Positions 9,012 through 19,619 of a DNA stretch of 64,000 bases are shown piece after piece (within the stretch, counting starts at the first letter, position 1; the number at the start of each line of letters is the position of its first letter). The stretch is taken from contig JACPPH010000002.1 in NCBI GenBank assembly GCA_016191105.1, positions 141,931 through 205,930 of the forward strand. The letters are read 5' to 3'. The notes under the pieces were generated by a model that saw nothing but the letters and a program-made list of their open reading frames with translations, was not told where the DNA came from and made no database searches. The DNA is from Candidatus Saccharimonadota bacterium. GTDB lineage: Bacteria > Patescibacteriota > Saccharimonadia > CAILAD01 > BJGX01. A program made the position numbers and the translations under genes.

Positions 9012-10558
9012 AGGCTGGTAGCAATTTTGATTAATTGGTCTTGGTTCAGACCGCTAGTATTGCCCTCTAGTCTATACCAAGTGCCCTTATTAATCCAGCT
9101 GGCTTGGTTGTTGCCATACATGTATATGGTTAACCCCTGAGCCTGCAAAGCCAGGTAGTTGTCAGATTTCTGAGTCACATAGTTTTCAGCTAAGGCTTGA
9201 GAGTCCCAGTCGGTCTTAGCCTCTTGCACCTGCATCTGCTGACTGCCGTTTGAATTGCTAACATTGTAACTAATAAGTCCTGGACTGGCCTGAATGTCGC
9301 CCGATACCTTCCAGCCTGAGGGCAAATAGTTTGGCAAACTGGCGTTAATACCCGCCTTGCCACTGGCGACTTTAAAAGCCAAGTTTGGATAGTTGATTTG
9401 CCATACATACAATCCAACCACCACCACACCAATTAGGCTTAGAGCCACACTGGCCGGCTTAAGACCAGGCTTTTTCTGCCCGGGCTGAGAATTATTTAAT
9501 TGAGCTATGACGGTTGGCACGCTATTGGGTTTAGGTATAAGGTGAGTCGGCAGCCCCATTTCCACTACTCGGCCTGAGCCAGGTGTCTGCCTGGCATTGG
9601 TTAGTTGGCTATTGGCCCTGGTTGTGGGCGGGAGTATGCTTGGTGGCTGAACAGAATTAACGGCTTTAACTACAGGTGCAGTTTCGGCAGTCGACAGGCC
9701 AGGGCTTAAGGCGCTCAGAGTGTTGTGTTTGGGCGGAATGTACTCCACCCCCGGGCTGGCCGCAGGCCGAATATCGCTCATGACTTTGAGGCTGGACTGG
9801 GACGGTTTGGCGCTGCCCTGAGTGGCTTTGGCTAGTTCATTAAGCTGAGCATCAGAAAAAACAGACTCGTTTTTGGTATCCAACCCCCCCAGCTCACTGC
9901 CGACATTCTCACTCGCAGGGGCTGGATTAGGCTTGGCTAAGTCTAGGTTTTTAATTGGCGCCACCCTCGACACAGTGGGTGCAAATTGAGGTTGGGGAGC
10001 CGACTTTGGAGTCTTTTGACCCTCTAAAAGTCGTTGTAGTGAAGACTCGTCGTGAGCATGCTGGACTTTAGATGTGATTTCTGCAGCCGCCTTGGTTTGA
10101 GGCTGACTTCTGCTGTCGGGCTGGGTCGTTGGGACTACAGCGGGCTGCGGCACTGGCTGTGCTTGGCTGATTGCCGGTTGTTCAGCAGGGTTTGAAGACA
10201 GTGGCTTGGGCGCTCCGGCTGGTTGCTGTGAGCTTGATTGTGCGATAGGTTCTGGCTGTATCGGCTTGGTGCTGCTTACTGCATTGGCCGATGCTGGTTC
10301 GGCCGGTTTTGGCGCAATGACTGTAGATGGGGGTGCAGCCAGGGGAGCTAGGGCAGGCGCTGCTTGGGTGTTGGTACCATCAGCCAGTGGTGCTGTGGCA
10401 GCTTTGACCGCCACATCTGCAACCGGTGCGCCGGAGCTTGCTGTTTGGCTGTCTGTAGTTTGGACGGGCGTACCACAGTTAGCACAAAAAGTCTTACCTG
10501 CAATGGTTATTTGATTGTCGGAACTACAATTTGCACATTGATTCATACTAAAACTCAC
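9008..10558 (-). CDS. Zinc-ribbon membrane protein with a long Pro/Ala/Gln-rich linker and C-terminal extracytoplasmic domain
   Basis: N-terminal CANC...CANCG zinc ribbon, about 350 aa of low-complexity PAQS sequence, one TM helix (LSLIGVVVVGLYVW), and a ~130-aa C-terminal domain. Confidence 0.5.
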   Translation of the reverse strand: MSFSMNQCANCSSDNQITIAGKTFCANCGTPVQTTDSQTASSGAPVADVAVKAATAPLADGTNTQAAPALAPLAAPPSTVIAPKPAEPASANAVSSTKPIQPEPIAQSSSQQPAGAPKPLSSNPAEQPAISQAQPVPQPAVVPTTQPDSRSQPQTKAAAEITSKVQHAHDESSLQRLLEGQKTPKSAPQPQFAPTVSRVAPIKNLDLAKPNPAPASENVGSELGGLDTKNESVFSDAQLNELAKATQGSAKPSQSSLKVMSDIRPAASPGVEYIPPKHNTLSALSPGLSTAETAPVVKAVNSVQPPSILPPTTRANSQLTNARQTPGSGRVVEMGLPTHLIPKPNSVPTVIAQLNNSQPGQKKPGLKPASVALSLIGVVVVGLYVWQINYPNLAFKVASGKAGINASLPNYLPSGWKVSGDIQASPGLISYNVSNSNGSQQMQVQEAKTDWDSQALAENYVTQKSDNYLALQAQGLTIYMYGNNQASWINKGTWYRLEGNTSGLNQDQLIKIATSL

Positions 10559-10614
10559 CCTTCCAGAGTCGATAATATTATATCTTGTTCAAGCTTAAGC
10601 GTAAAGCAGATTAA

Positions 10615-11451
10615 CTAGGTGTTTTTGCGCCAGTTAGACCTAGCCTGTCTATGTACAGCCCACACAAATTTAGGGATAGCCAGCTGGCGGCCGATTCGGC
10701 TGGGCTGCCGAAACAGCCGCCAGAGCCACTCTAGTCCGGATTTTTGAATCCAAGCTGGCGCCCTCCTAATCTGACCTCCAAGCTCATCATAATCAAAGCT
10801 GCCACCCTCACCTATCATCAGCTTGACCCCTACGTATTCGCGATACTTGGCCATAAACAATTCTTGCTTGGGAAAGCCCATAGCCACGAAGAGAATATCT
10901 AACTTACTACTAGCTATGTCCGCTACTAATTTTCGTTCATTACTGAGATCATAATACCCACTCCATGATTCGACTCGCGACAATCCAGGAAATCGCTTGA
11001 TTAAACTCTGAGCGGTCATTTCGTGGTTGATCGGCCCGCCCAAGACCCCTATCTTGTAATGCTTTTTTTCGGCCAACTTTAGAATTGGTACCGTTAAATT
11101 AATTCCGGCCATTTTCTCAGGGATTATTTGGTTGCGCCAGGTCATTTTTTGCATATTTACCAAGCCACTCCAAGCTAGTCGGAAGAGATTGGGTCGGCTA
11201 CGAGGCTTGCCGTACAGGTAGCTGGCTGCCCACTGCAGCGACACTCCATCTGCCAAACAGAGCATAGACTGATTTAGTATTTTCTGAAGCGCAGCATCGT
11301 CTTTGGCTAATGATAAAAATTCGACGTAAGGCTTGGTAATGTAGGTCGGTGGACTGCTAGATTCCAATCTGTCCTCGACAATTTTTAGTACTTCTGATTT
11401 TGTAACAGGATCGATTAAGACTCCCAGTATATCAACCTGGACTCTATTCAT
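10615..11451 (-). CDS. WecB/TagA/CpsF family glycosyltransferase
   Basis: 278 aa with family-typical conservation (DILGV...IDPV, FVAMGFPKQE, EWLWRL). Confidence 0.75.
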   Translation of the reverse strand: MNRVQVDILGVLIDPVTKSEVLKIVEDRLESSSPPTYITKPYVEFLSLAKDDAALQKILNQSMLCLADGVSLQWAASYLYGKPRSRPNLFRLAWSGLVNMQKMTWRNQIIPEKMAGINLTVPILKLAEKKHYKIGVLGGPINHEMTAQSLIKRFPGLSRVESWSGYYDLSNERKLVADIASSKLDILFVAMGFPKQELFMAKYREYVGVKLMIGEGGSFDYDELGGQIRRAPAWIQKSGLEWLWRLFRQPSRIGRQLAIPKFVWAVHRQARSNWRKNT

Positions 11452-12571
11452 GAGTCCCCTCGATGCTATCTACAACTCTGGCAAGTTTTTTTACGAACCG
11501 CTCAGCAGAAAACTTCTTAGCTTGAGCTAGAAGGGTATTTTCACTCCAATTTATCTGCTCTGCCCTAGTGATTGCTTGGTTTAAACTGTCTTCATTGTCT
11601 TGGTCGAAAAAAACACCCGTTTCGTTTGCAACTACGGTCTCATTTGCTCCTCCGCCGCGTCGCGCGATCACCGGTGTCGAGGCCGCCATAGCTTCAACTG
11701 GCGTGAGGCCAAAGTCTTCGATGTTGGCAAAGACCAATCCTTTGGCCTGCTGCAGTAACTCAATCTTTTTGGCCTCGCTAACTCGACCCAAGAACTTTAT
11801 GTTTGGCGAGCTAGCTGCCAACTCTATAAGGCGGTCTTTGTCCGGGCCGTCGCCAGCAATCACTAGCGGCAACTTGTTTTTATTGAAAGTTTTAATTACA
11901 AGTTCAATGTTTTTATATTTAGACAGTACCGATAATATTAAATAGTAGCTGCCTTTTTCTTGACCAGTTGCGGATTTGAATTGCCCAACATTGACCGGTG
12001 GATAAACAACCTCAGCGCCGCGGCGATAAAACTTTCTAATGCGGTCTGCAATATAATTACTGTTTGCTAAAAAATGATCTACCCGATTTGAACCATAGAA
12101 ATCCCAAAGCCTTACTCTAGAAGTTGTTCGGCTAATAATGAATCGTGAGAGCGGCCCCACCTTGAACGGCCTAATTCGCTGGCCATCTAGATATTTTGGC
12201 CAGCTGTCCCACAACATCCGAGCTGGAGTATGACAATAGCAAATATGAACACAGTTTTTGGGTTTTTGAATATTCTTGGCCCAAGCGCTGGAGCTAGACA
12301 CTATTAAATCGTAACCACTAAAGTCAAGATTATCCACAGCCCTCGGGATAAGCGGCAACATAAACTGCGGTCGCTTCTTTAAGGCACCGGGGGCGTACTG
12401 CAAAAAACTAGTTTGGACTTTTCGATCGTTTAGACTCTCGGCAAAGAGCTTTTGATTACATATTAGGCTATAAAGATCAGCTTCTGGATACATTTTAGCA
12501 AGCTCAAAAAAAACTCGCTCAGCGCCACCAGACTTAACATTCAGCCAGTCATGAACCAGGGCTATCTTCAC
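11444..12571 (-). CDS. Glycosyltransferase family 4 (GT-B, EX7E)
   Basis: 375 aa, C-terminal GLTPVEAMAASTPVIA motif. It overlaps the neighbouring genes on both sides. Confidence 0.8.
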   Translation of the reverse strand: MKIALVHDWLNVKSGGAERVFFELAKMYPEADLYSLICNQKLFAESLNDRKVQTSFLQYAPGALKKRPQFMLPLIPRAVDNLDFSGYDLIVSSSSAWAKNIQKPKNCVHICYCHTPARMLWDSWPKYLDGQRIRPFKVGPLSRFIISRTTSRVRLWDFYGSNRVDHFLANSNYIADRIRKFYRRGAEVVYPPVNVGQFKSATGQEKGSYYLILSVLSKYKNIELVIKTFNKNKLPLVIAGDGPDKDRLIELAASSPNIKFLGRVSEAKKIELLQQAKGLVFANIEDFGLTPVEAMAASTPVIARRGGGANETVVANETGVFFDQDNEDSLNQAITRAEQINWSENTLLAQAKKFSAERFVKKLARVVDSIEGTHE

Positions 12572-13842
12572 TTTTTACGACCTTCTATAACGCCAAAAAA
12601 CGTAAAGGCCACTAAGGCCAAGCTGCTGTCGGCCCAGCTGTGCAAAAATAAATTTGCTATCAAAATGCCAATAAGTGCCGCTGCTGCGCCTATCAAAATT
12701 TCGGTCTTTGGTTGTCGTAGCCAGCCAACTACCAAACTCCCAAAAAGCACCAGATAAGCCAAAATACCCAACCAACCGTATTCATAGCCAATTTGTAAAT
12801 ACCAGTTTTCGGTAATGAGTTGATTTGGGCTATAATAGCTGGCTGGCCCAGCTGTACCTAGGCCGTGACCCCAGGGCTGTTTAATAAACAATTCATAACC
12901 CCGTGCTAAGGCGCCGCCACGCACTACGTCGGGTGGCCCAATGGTTTTGTTGCTAAAAAACTGACCATGCAAGAAGATATTTTGAAGCACCACATTGTTG
13001 GAGTTACTTAACTGTGGCGCCAACAGAACATAACCTATTAAAACCAACCCAGCTAAGCTGGCGGCCATAATGATCTTAAATTTTGCTGGCAAAAACAAAA
13101 ATAATACCAGCGTTATTGCCACTATGGCTCCAAGCCAGCTGCTACGCGAGAAGCTTAGGCCAAGCGCTACTAGCAAGAATGCTAATATCGGTAGATAAAC
13201 TAGCCGTTTGGTTCGAATAAGCGCTGCAAGCGCCAAAGCCACTGGCAATATCATATATGTGCCCATCTGGTTTGGCCCGCCCAAAGTTGCAAAGGCTCTT
13301 GCTATGCCGCTACTCGCATCAATTACTTGCAGTGGATTAATAGTCATCGGGTTGTAGCCGATCAGCTGCAGCAGTTGATAAGGTATAACCGTAACCTGCA
13401 GAATGGCCAGCACCGACACAATCAGAGCCGGCAATAGAACAAGTCTTAACAGTTTGTTGTCGCCAAAATCAGCCGCATAAGCTTGGGCTATCAAAAACAA
13501 CCCAAGCGGTACTAGGTTGGTCTTAACGCCAAAAATTAACCCGTTGAGATTCGGCCTGTAAATAATGCTTACTCCTATGCCAAGCAAAATAATAGCTAGA
13601 ACGGTTAAATTGGTAAAGCTAAATTTAAAAAGAAGTTTTTTTCGCAAGACGCAGTTATACAACCAGATCGCTGCTAAGCCTACAAATAGCACTTCTTTCC
13701 AGGCCTGAAAGGCCGCCTGGTATCCAAAAACAGATCCCAGGACTACGCTTAAAAAGGCGTGAAAGGGCATAATTACCAATATTGCAATTAGCCCCCAGAC
13801 TGACAGTTGATTAAGTAAATTAAGCTGTTTTTTAATCGTCAT
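12568..13842 (-). CDS. Polytopic membrane protein, O-antigen ligase/Wzy-like
   Basis: 424 aa with about 10-12 predicted TM helices, located in the glycosyltransferase cluster. Confidence 0.5.
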   Translation of the reverse strand: MTIKKQLNLLNQLSVWGLIAILVIMPFHAFLSVVLGSVFGYQAAFQAWKEVLFVGLAAIWLYNCVLRKKLLFKFSFTNLTVLAIILLGIGVSIIYRPNLNGLIFGVKTNLVPLGLFLIAQAYAADFGDNKLLRLVLLPALIVSVLAILQVTVIPYQLLQLIGYNPMTINPLQVIDASSGIARAFATLGGPNQMGTYMILPVALALAALIRTKRLVYLPILAFLLVALGLSFSRSSWLGAIVAITLVLFLFLPAKFKIIMAASLAGLVLIGYVLLAPQLSNSNNVVLQNIFLHGQFFSNKTIGPPDVVRGGALARGYELFIKQPWGHGLGTAGPASYYSPNQLITENWYLQIGYEYGWLGILAYLVLFGSLVVGWLRQPKTEILIGAAAALIGILIANLFLHSWADSSLALVAFTFFGVIEGRKK

Positions 13843-14849
13843 TAGCGGTTACTCATTACGCTTCGTATATATTCATCTAGATTCTCCATAGCTATACCTG
13901 TACCTTTGGCCACACACAACATTGGTTCTTCAGCCACATAACTGGGCACACCGGTTACCTTTGTCATTAGCTTATCAATGTTTTTTAGCATGGATCCGCC
14001 GCCAGTCATAATCATGCCCCGGTCGATAATGTCACTTGAGAGTTCGGGCGGGGTCTGCTCTAACACAGCTTTTACTGCCAAGATAATATCGTCTAAGCAT
14101 TCGCTAATAGCCTCGGTTATGTCGTCGGAACTAAGCTCGATTGTCTTGGGTAGCCCAGATACAGCATCGCGCCCACGGATCTGCATTTTTTGTGGTTTTT
14201 TGAGTGGCAGAGCCGATCCAACTTGCTTTTTTATGTCCTCGGCGGTCTGCGAGCCCACCACCAAGCCATGATTCTTACGAATAAAGTCAGTAATAGCGGT
14301 ATCAACCTTACCGCCACCAATTCGCACGCTATTCTCAGCTACAATTCCGCCCAGACTAATAATAGCCACTTCGGTTGTGCCCTCGCCGATGTCTACTACA
14401 AGGTTTCCGGCCGGCGCAGCTATCGGCACATTGGCTCCGATTGCAGCCGCGACTGGTGCGCGAATAATGTAAACCTTACGTGCACCTGCATTTAGGGCGG
14501 CGTCGATTACAGCCCTCCGCTCGGTTGAGGTTATGCCGATAGGCACACTTATCATTAGCTCCGGACGAGTTAGCCTGAATTTGCCAGCCACCCGGTTTAT
14601 TAAAAACTTCAGCAGTGCTTGGGTGATTCTGTAATCAGCAATAACGCCGTCCTTTAGTGGCTTAGAGGCGGTGATTATGTCGGGAGTCCGGCCCAGCATT
14701 TCTTTAGCCTCGTTGCCGACAGCGACAATTCGGTTGTCGTCGATGCTGACAGCCACCACTGATGGCTCATTGGCCACAACGCCCTTTTTGGGTACATAAA
14801 CTCTGGTGTTAGATGTGCCCAGATCTATCGCAATTCGTTTTTTGAGCAT
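13842..14849 (-). CDS. mreB: Rod-shape determining protein MreB (paralog 1)
   Basis: 335 aa with the actin-fold phosphate loops IAIDLGTSNTRVYV and DIGEGTTEVAIISLGG. Confidence 0.8.
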   Translation of the reverse strand: MLKKRIAIDLGTSNTRVYVPKKGVVANEPSVVAVSIDDNRIVAVGNEAKEMLGRTPDIITASKPLKDGVIADYRITQALLKFLINRVAGKFRLTRPELMISVPIGITSTERRAVIDAALNAGARKVYIIRAPVAAAIGANVPIAAPAGNLVVDIGEGTTEVAIISLGGIVAENSVRIGGGKVDTAITDFIRKNHGLVVGSQTAEDIKKQVGSALPLKKPQKMQIRGRDAVSGLPKTIELSSDDITEAISECLDDIILAVKAVLEQTPPELSSDIIDRGMIMTGGGSMLKNIDKLMTKVTGVPSYVAEEPMLCVAKGTGIAMENLDEYIRSVMSNR

Positions 14850-14893
14850 AGGCTTATTTTAGCAAATTAGCTATAAGACCAACATGTTGTTGG

Positions 14894-16156
14894 CTACTGA
14901 CCATTGTCTATACGTTCTATTTTTGCACCAAGCGACCCGAATCTCTTATCGAGATACTCGTAGCCCCGGTCGATATGTTCAACTCGATCAATAGTCGTCT
15001 TGCCTTCTGCAATCAGTGCGGCAACCAGAATTGTTGCACCAGCCCGAATGTCAAAACTAACCAGATCTGTACCATGAAGCTTAGTTGGACCCTTAATTAG
15101 GCCCACATGCGTGTCCTTTAGGCTTATATCTGCCCCCATTCTTTGGAGCTCGTACAGATAGCTCAGTCGGCCCTCATACATGGTTTCAAATATTTCAGAT
15201 TGACCGGTCGCCTGGGTCATTAAAACAGCCAATGGTGCCTGTAAATCAGTTGGTAAGTTTGGGTATGGTTGAGTCTTCACCTTGGTGGATTTTAGCTTGT
15301 CAGATGGACAGATTCTAATCTCTGTCGGGCTCAGTATCTCAAAGTTCACATTCATTTCAATAAAAACATTCAGAAGTGCATCGTGGTCGTCCTGAACAAA
15401 GCCATCTATCTTAACCTCCCCTTGACTGGCCGCAGCCGCAATCGCCAAGGTACCTGCTTCAAGCTGGTCTGGAATTACTGTCCCCTCACCGCCGTGCAAG
15501 ATCTCCACCCCCTCTATCTGGAGATTGTGTGTATCTATGTTACTAATCTTTGCTCCTAGTGAGTTTAGAAAATTACATAGACCCACAATATGAGGTTCCA
15601 TCGCGGCCATTCGAACCTCTGTTTTGCCAGGCGCTAAAACAGCCGCCAGAATAGCGTTCTCGGTTGGCGTAACACTTAGATCGCCCATAATCACCCGAGC
15701 CGCTCTAGGCTTGCCTATAAGCTTAACCCTATCTTTAGCTTCAACAACTTTAACACCCATGCTGCTAAGGGCATGGAGATGTCTATCGAGTGGCCGTACA
15801 CCTATCACATCGCCGCCCGGGGGTACAGTTTCGGCCTGGCCAAACCTCGCAACAGCTGGGCCAAGTACGAGGATAGAGGCTCGCATTTTACCGGCCAATG
15901 TCGGGTCTACGCTAGCTGCCTGGGCACTACTGCCGTCTAGGGTTAATGTATTCGCTTGCCGGCCAACTTTTACGTTAAATAATTCCAAGATAGAAGCCAT
16001 AACCTCGACATCTGAGATACTGGGAACGTTGTAGAGTGTGATCGGCGCATTGGCGAGCAGGGCTGCGGCCATCATGGGCAAAACAGCATTCTTGCTACCA
16101 CCAACTTTGACCTCACCGTGTAGACGGTTCGGTCCTGTTATGACTAACTTTTGCAA
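14894..16156 (-). CDS. murA: UDP-N-acetylglucosamine 1-carboxyvinyltransferase
   Basis: 420 aa; the N-terminus MQKLVITGPNRLHGEVKVGGSKNAVLPMMAAALLA is diagnostic for MurA. Confidence 0.9.
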   Translation of the reverse strand: MQKLVITGPNRLHGEVKVGGSKNAVLPMMAAALLANAPITLYNVPSISDVEVMASILELFNVKVGRQANTLTLDGSSAQAASVDPTLAGKMRASILVLGPAVARFGQAETVPPGGDVIGVRPLDRHLHALSSMGVKVVEAKDRVKLIGKPRAARVIMGDLSVTPTENAILAAVLAPGKTEVRMAAMEPHIVGLCNFLNSLGAKISNIDTHNLQIEGVEILHGGEGTVIPDQLEAGTLAIAAAASQGEVKIDGFVQDDHDALLNVFIEMNVNFEILSPTEIRICPSDKLKSTKVKTQPYPNLPTDLQAPLAVLMTQATGQSEIFETMYEGRLSYLYELQRMGADISLKDTHVGLIKGPTKLHGTDLVSFDIRAGATILVAALIAEGKTTIDRVEHIDRGYEYLDKRFGSLGAKIERIDNGQ

Positions 16157-16215
16157 GTGTTTAAAATATCCCTTTATTCGTAGTTAGAGTATAATTGTTC
16201 TCGAGACTATAACCC

Positions 16216-17616
16216 ATGATATCACAAAAAACTCGCAATAGTTTGCTTTATATACTGGCCGTTACGGTGATAGTATTCGGCTCTATTTTTCTGGTTTCAC
16301 TTGCCCAGGGCTATGAGTATGACTTTTTGCGCAATCGTATTCGCTTGACTGGCTTGGTGCTGATCGGTTCCCAACCCAATGGGGCTAGCATTGGAGTTAA
16401 TGGCAATCAGGTTAAACCCAAGACACCCTATAGAATTGAGAATGTCACGACCGGCAATCTTGAAATTGAATTAAGCAAAAACGACTACCAAAATTGGAAG
16501 TCAAATTTTAATGTAAAGGCTGGCGAAGTTACGTTTGCCAACTATGCCTTGCTTGTGCCCAATAAGCTAAATTACACCCAGATTGGTCAGCCTAACACTT
16601 TTACCAACCTGGTGATTAGCGAAGACCGTAGGCATCAGTACGCCATTAGTAATAGTCCTGTTGGCATTTGGCGCATAGAAACTAACCGGTTAGCACCGCT
16701 TTACTCCCCGCCTGTTGACGGCAACAAGCCCAACCAAAGTGTTACCGAAATAACAGCACTGCAAGCGTCTACTGATGGGTCCAGTTTGCTGTTTCAGCAA
16801 AAGACTGCCGACGGCAAATTAAACAACATGTTTCTCAATACAGCCAGCGGCCAACTTACAAATGTCTCTAGCGAGTTTGGATTTAACTTGGCTCAGCTTT
16901 ATTTCAATCCAGCAAATAGCCGCGAGCTTTACTGGCTTGATAGCCAGAACCTGCGCCGCATAAGTATAGACAATAAGACAGTCAGTGCAGTCTTAATATC
17001 GTCGGTTGCATCGCTTCAGCCCAGCCAGGATCGGCTGATGGTGGTTGAGGCGCCAACAGAGCCCAACAAGATTGAACAAAGCTTTTATAGCTATAATTTA
17101 GACGGCAGTGATAAAAAACTAGTTGGTACAATTGTGGCCGATCCCGCTGGTTACGACTTGGCCTATGTAAAAGGTAGATTCAATAGCTATGCAGCTGTTA
17201 GAGCTCGGTCTAAAAACGACTTTTACTTGGTAAGAAACCCGCAAAGTGACAGCAACAAAGCAACCACGGTATTAACTCGCGATATCCGGTCGTTTAGCTT
17301 TAGTCCCAGCTCACGTTTTTTGGTCGTTAACCGTGCTGGTCAACTCAAGACCTATGACCTTGAATTTACACAGATCTATGACAATCGCTACGAGCTTGGT
17401 GATTTAAGGCAGTGGCAGTGGTACGATAACTACCATTTGTTGTTGATTATTAATAATCAAGCCAGACTTGTGGATTTTGATGGTCAAAATAGCTATACCA
17501 TACAGTCATCCGAAGATCAGGTGGCAAACATTGTCCCCCTGGAGTCAGATAAGTACATCGACTATCTGAACAAGGCTGGTAATTTAACCAGAGTCGATCT
17601 AGTCCTCAAGCGTTAG
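16216..17616 (+). CDS. Membrane-anchored PEGA-domain / beta-propeller-like protein
   Basis: 466 aa with an N-terminal TM helix, a PEGA-like segment (IGSQPNGASIGVNGNQV...YRIENVTTGNLEIELSKNDYQNW), then repeat-rich beta sequence. Confidence 0.45.
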   Translation: MISQKTRNSLLYILAVTVIVFGSIFLVSLAQGYEYDFLRNRIRLTGLVLIGSQPNGASIGVNGNQVKPKTPYRIENVTTGNLEIELSKNDYQNWKSNFNVKAGEVTFANYALLVPNKLNYTQIGQPNTFTNLVISEDRRHQYAISNSPVGIWRIETNRLAPLYSPPVDGNKPNQSVTEITALQASTDGSSLLFQQKTADGKLNNMFLNTASGQLTNVSSEFGFNLAQLYFNPANSRELYWLDSQNLRRISIDNKTVSAVLISSVASLQPSQDRLMVVEAPTEPNKIEQSFYSYNLDGSDKKLVGTIVADPAGYDLAYVKGRFNSYAAVRARSKNDFYLVRNPQSDSNKATTVLTRDIRSFSFSPSSRFLVVNRAGQLKTYDLEFTQIYDNRYELGDLRQWQWYDNYHLLLIINNQARLVDFDGQNSYTIQSSEDQVANIVPLESDKYIDYLNKAGNLTRVDLVLKR

Positions 17617-18413
17617 CTGCGCTGCCTTAGTGCTTCAAACAATATAACTGTTGCGGCGGCCGAAACATTCAGTGAGTCGACTTGACCGTGCATAGGAATT
17701 CGAACCTTTTGCCCGGCCTGGTCTAACCAAGTTTTGGATAGACCAGATTGTTCGGCACCAACTGCAATGGCAATCTTTCCGGTCAAATCAGCTCGAGTAT
17801 AAGGCTGCTTAGCTGATGGTGTGGCGGCTACAAGCTGTATCTTGTTTTGGGCGCTCCATTCAAAAAGTTCTTGGCTAGTAGCCTGCCCAACTTTTATCGT
17901 AAACAGGGCGCCTACGCTGGCTCGAACAACGTTGGGGTTAAAAACATCGGTTACGCCATCACAAATAATTACAGCCTCGGCGCCGGCAGCATCGGCACTA
18001 CGCAACATTGTACCTAGGTTGCCTGGCTTTTCGACTGACTCTGCAACCAAGAACAATGAGTCAGGATTTACCGGCAAGTTTCTGATTGATGTGTCGAACT
18101 GTGGCCCAATAGCAATCAAGCCTTCAGGCTGATCTCGGTAAGCCATCTTTGAAAACACCTCAGCTGTGGTTTGGTAGGTTTTGTAACCACCAGCATTTTG
18201 CCCTAAAAGGTTCTCTACAAGCTCTTGCTCCTTAGAGCCAGAATATAGATCAGGGCAAAAATATATCTCATTCAGTGCAAAACCATTTTTGAGAGCTAGG
18301 CTGACAGCGCGATAGCCTTCAACTAAGATCAACTGGTTTAAGTCGCGTTGGCGACGACTTTTGAGTCTTACAATGTGTTTGATCTTAGGGTTTTGCAAGC
18401 TAGATATAAGCAC
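17613..18413 (-). CDS. TrmH/SpoU family RNA 2'-O-methyltransferase
   Basis: 266 aa with SPOUT motifs (AIAVGAEQSGLS, VRIPMHGQVDSLNVSAAATVILFE). Confidence 0.8.
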   Translation of the reverse strand: MLISSLQNPKIKHIVRLKSRRQRDLNQLILVEGYRAVSLALKNGFALNEIYFCPDLYSGSKEQELVENLLGQNAGGYKTYQTTAEVFSKMAYRDQPEGLIAIGPQFDTSIRNLPVNPDSLFLVAESVEKPGNLGTMLRSADAAGAEAVIICDGVTDVFNPNVVRASVGALFTIKVGQATSQELFEWSAQNKIQLVAATPSAKQPYTRADLTGKIAIAVGAEQSGLSKTWLDQAGQKVRIPMHGQVDSLNVSAAATVILFEALRQRS

Positions 18414-18415
18414 CC

Positions 18416-19459
18416 CTACTGCACCTCGGGTAAGCGTTGTTGCTGGGCTTTTGCAGGCGGTACGGAGGTTTCGGTCTGTGCAGCTGGTTGAGGTTTACGA
18501 CCTGTAACTGTATTCCATAGCTTAGCAAAGAAATCTGAAATCTGACTCCAGATAGAGGGCGCGGCGCTTGGCAGCACAGTATTGGCTGGAGGTTGCGAGG
18601 CTGTGTTTTGCTCGGCCGGGCTGGTAGTTTTATCTTGAGTCGCAGCAGGAGCCGGTTCAGTTTGTTTAGCACTCACAATAAAACGCTTCCAGCTAGTGCC
18701 AGGGGGTGTACAGGTAATTAGTGTAGAGGTTGGTTCGGCTGTCTGCTTTAATACGCTTAGATCAGTTGGCTCAACAATCTTGGTCGAAGTTACTGTATAG
18801 ATATATTTGCGAGAATTGTAGTTAATCTGATATGTGTCGCCAGGCGCCAGTTTTTCTAGCAATACAAACACATACTTATAGTTGCCGGGTTGCCACCAAT
18901 CGTTGCTAGAGTGCCCAAAGAATACGGCGTTGCCAACATCGCCCGGGTTGGCAGTGCCGGCATAGTGAGCCACGCCGCTCTCTAGGGCCTTAAGTACCAC
19001 AGCCTCATTTATACTATCTGGAAAGACCAATGGAGCCCTAACATTAATTTTGGGAATAATAATTACATTCTCTGGAGTGGTAAGTTGAGCCTGAGCCGGT
19101 GCGTTGGTTGTTTGGGTCGGTGTCGGGGTTGGATTAACTTGCTTAGACTGTTGAGTGCTGGGTTTATTGAAGAAAAACAAGAATTGGCTGTAAATAACTT
19201 GGTAATTGAAAACGAGCGCGAAGACCACAAAAGCCACCACCGCAAACCGCACATTGCGCCATCTTTGCTTCTTCTTAAAGTCTGCCAACTCATTGGTAAC
19301 TGCTTGCTTTTTGTCGGCCGATAGCTTTTTGGTTTTAGGACCAGCTTTGGCCAAGCTGTTGCCACGGAGATCAATTTTGGGCACACCCTTGGCTGGGGTT
19401 GGGACATTTGAAAGCTCACTTATCTCGAGCTCGGGCTTTTTTTTGTTGGCTTTACTCAT
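18416..19459 (-). CDS. Sortase (class E-like) with N-terminal TM anchor
   Basis: 347 aa with a TLITCTP active-site cysteine motif, a catalytic His (FFGHSS), and a TM segment near the N-terminus. Confidence 0.7.
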   Translation of the reverse strand: MSKANKKKPELEISELSNVPTPAKGVPKIDLRGNSLAKAGPKTKKLSADKKQAVTNELADFKKKQRWRNVRFAVVAFVVFALVFNYQVIYSQFLFFFNKPSTQQSKQVNPTPTPTQTTNAPAQAQLTTPENVIIIPKINVRAPLVFPDSINEAVVLKALESGVAHYAGTANPGDVGNAVFFGHSSNDWWQPGNYKYVFVLLEKLAPGDTYQINYNSRKYIYTVTSTKIVEPTDLSVLKQTAEPTSTLITCTPPGTSWKRFIVSAKQTEPAPAATQDKTTSPAEQNTASQPPANTVLPSAAPSIWSQISDFFAKLWNTVTGRKPQPAAQTETSVPPAKAQQQRLPEVQ

Positions 19460-19525
19460 ACTTTGGCAAAATTATCATAATCTATTATAATACAGTAACC
19501 TGATTTGTTGCGACCCCAATGGTCA

Positions 19526-19612
19526 GCCGCGGTGGTGGAACTGGTAGACACGCGGGTCTCAAAAACCCGTGAGGGCAACCTCATGAGAGTTCGAGTCTCT
19601 CCCGCGGCACCA
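19526..19612 (+). tRNA. tRNA-Leu (anticodon CAA)
   Basis: 87 nt: GCCGCGG acceptor stem, long variable arm, anticodon loop CTCAAAA, encoded CCA. Confidence 0.8.
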
Positions 19613-19619
19613 ACTGCCA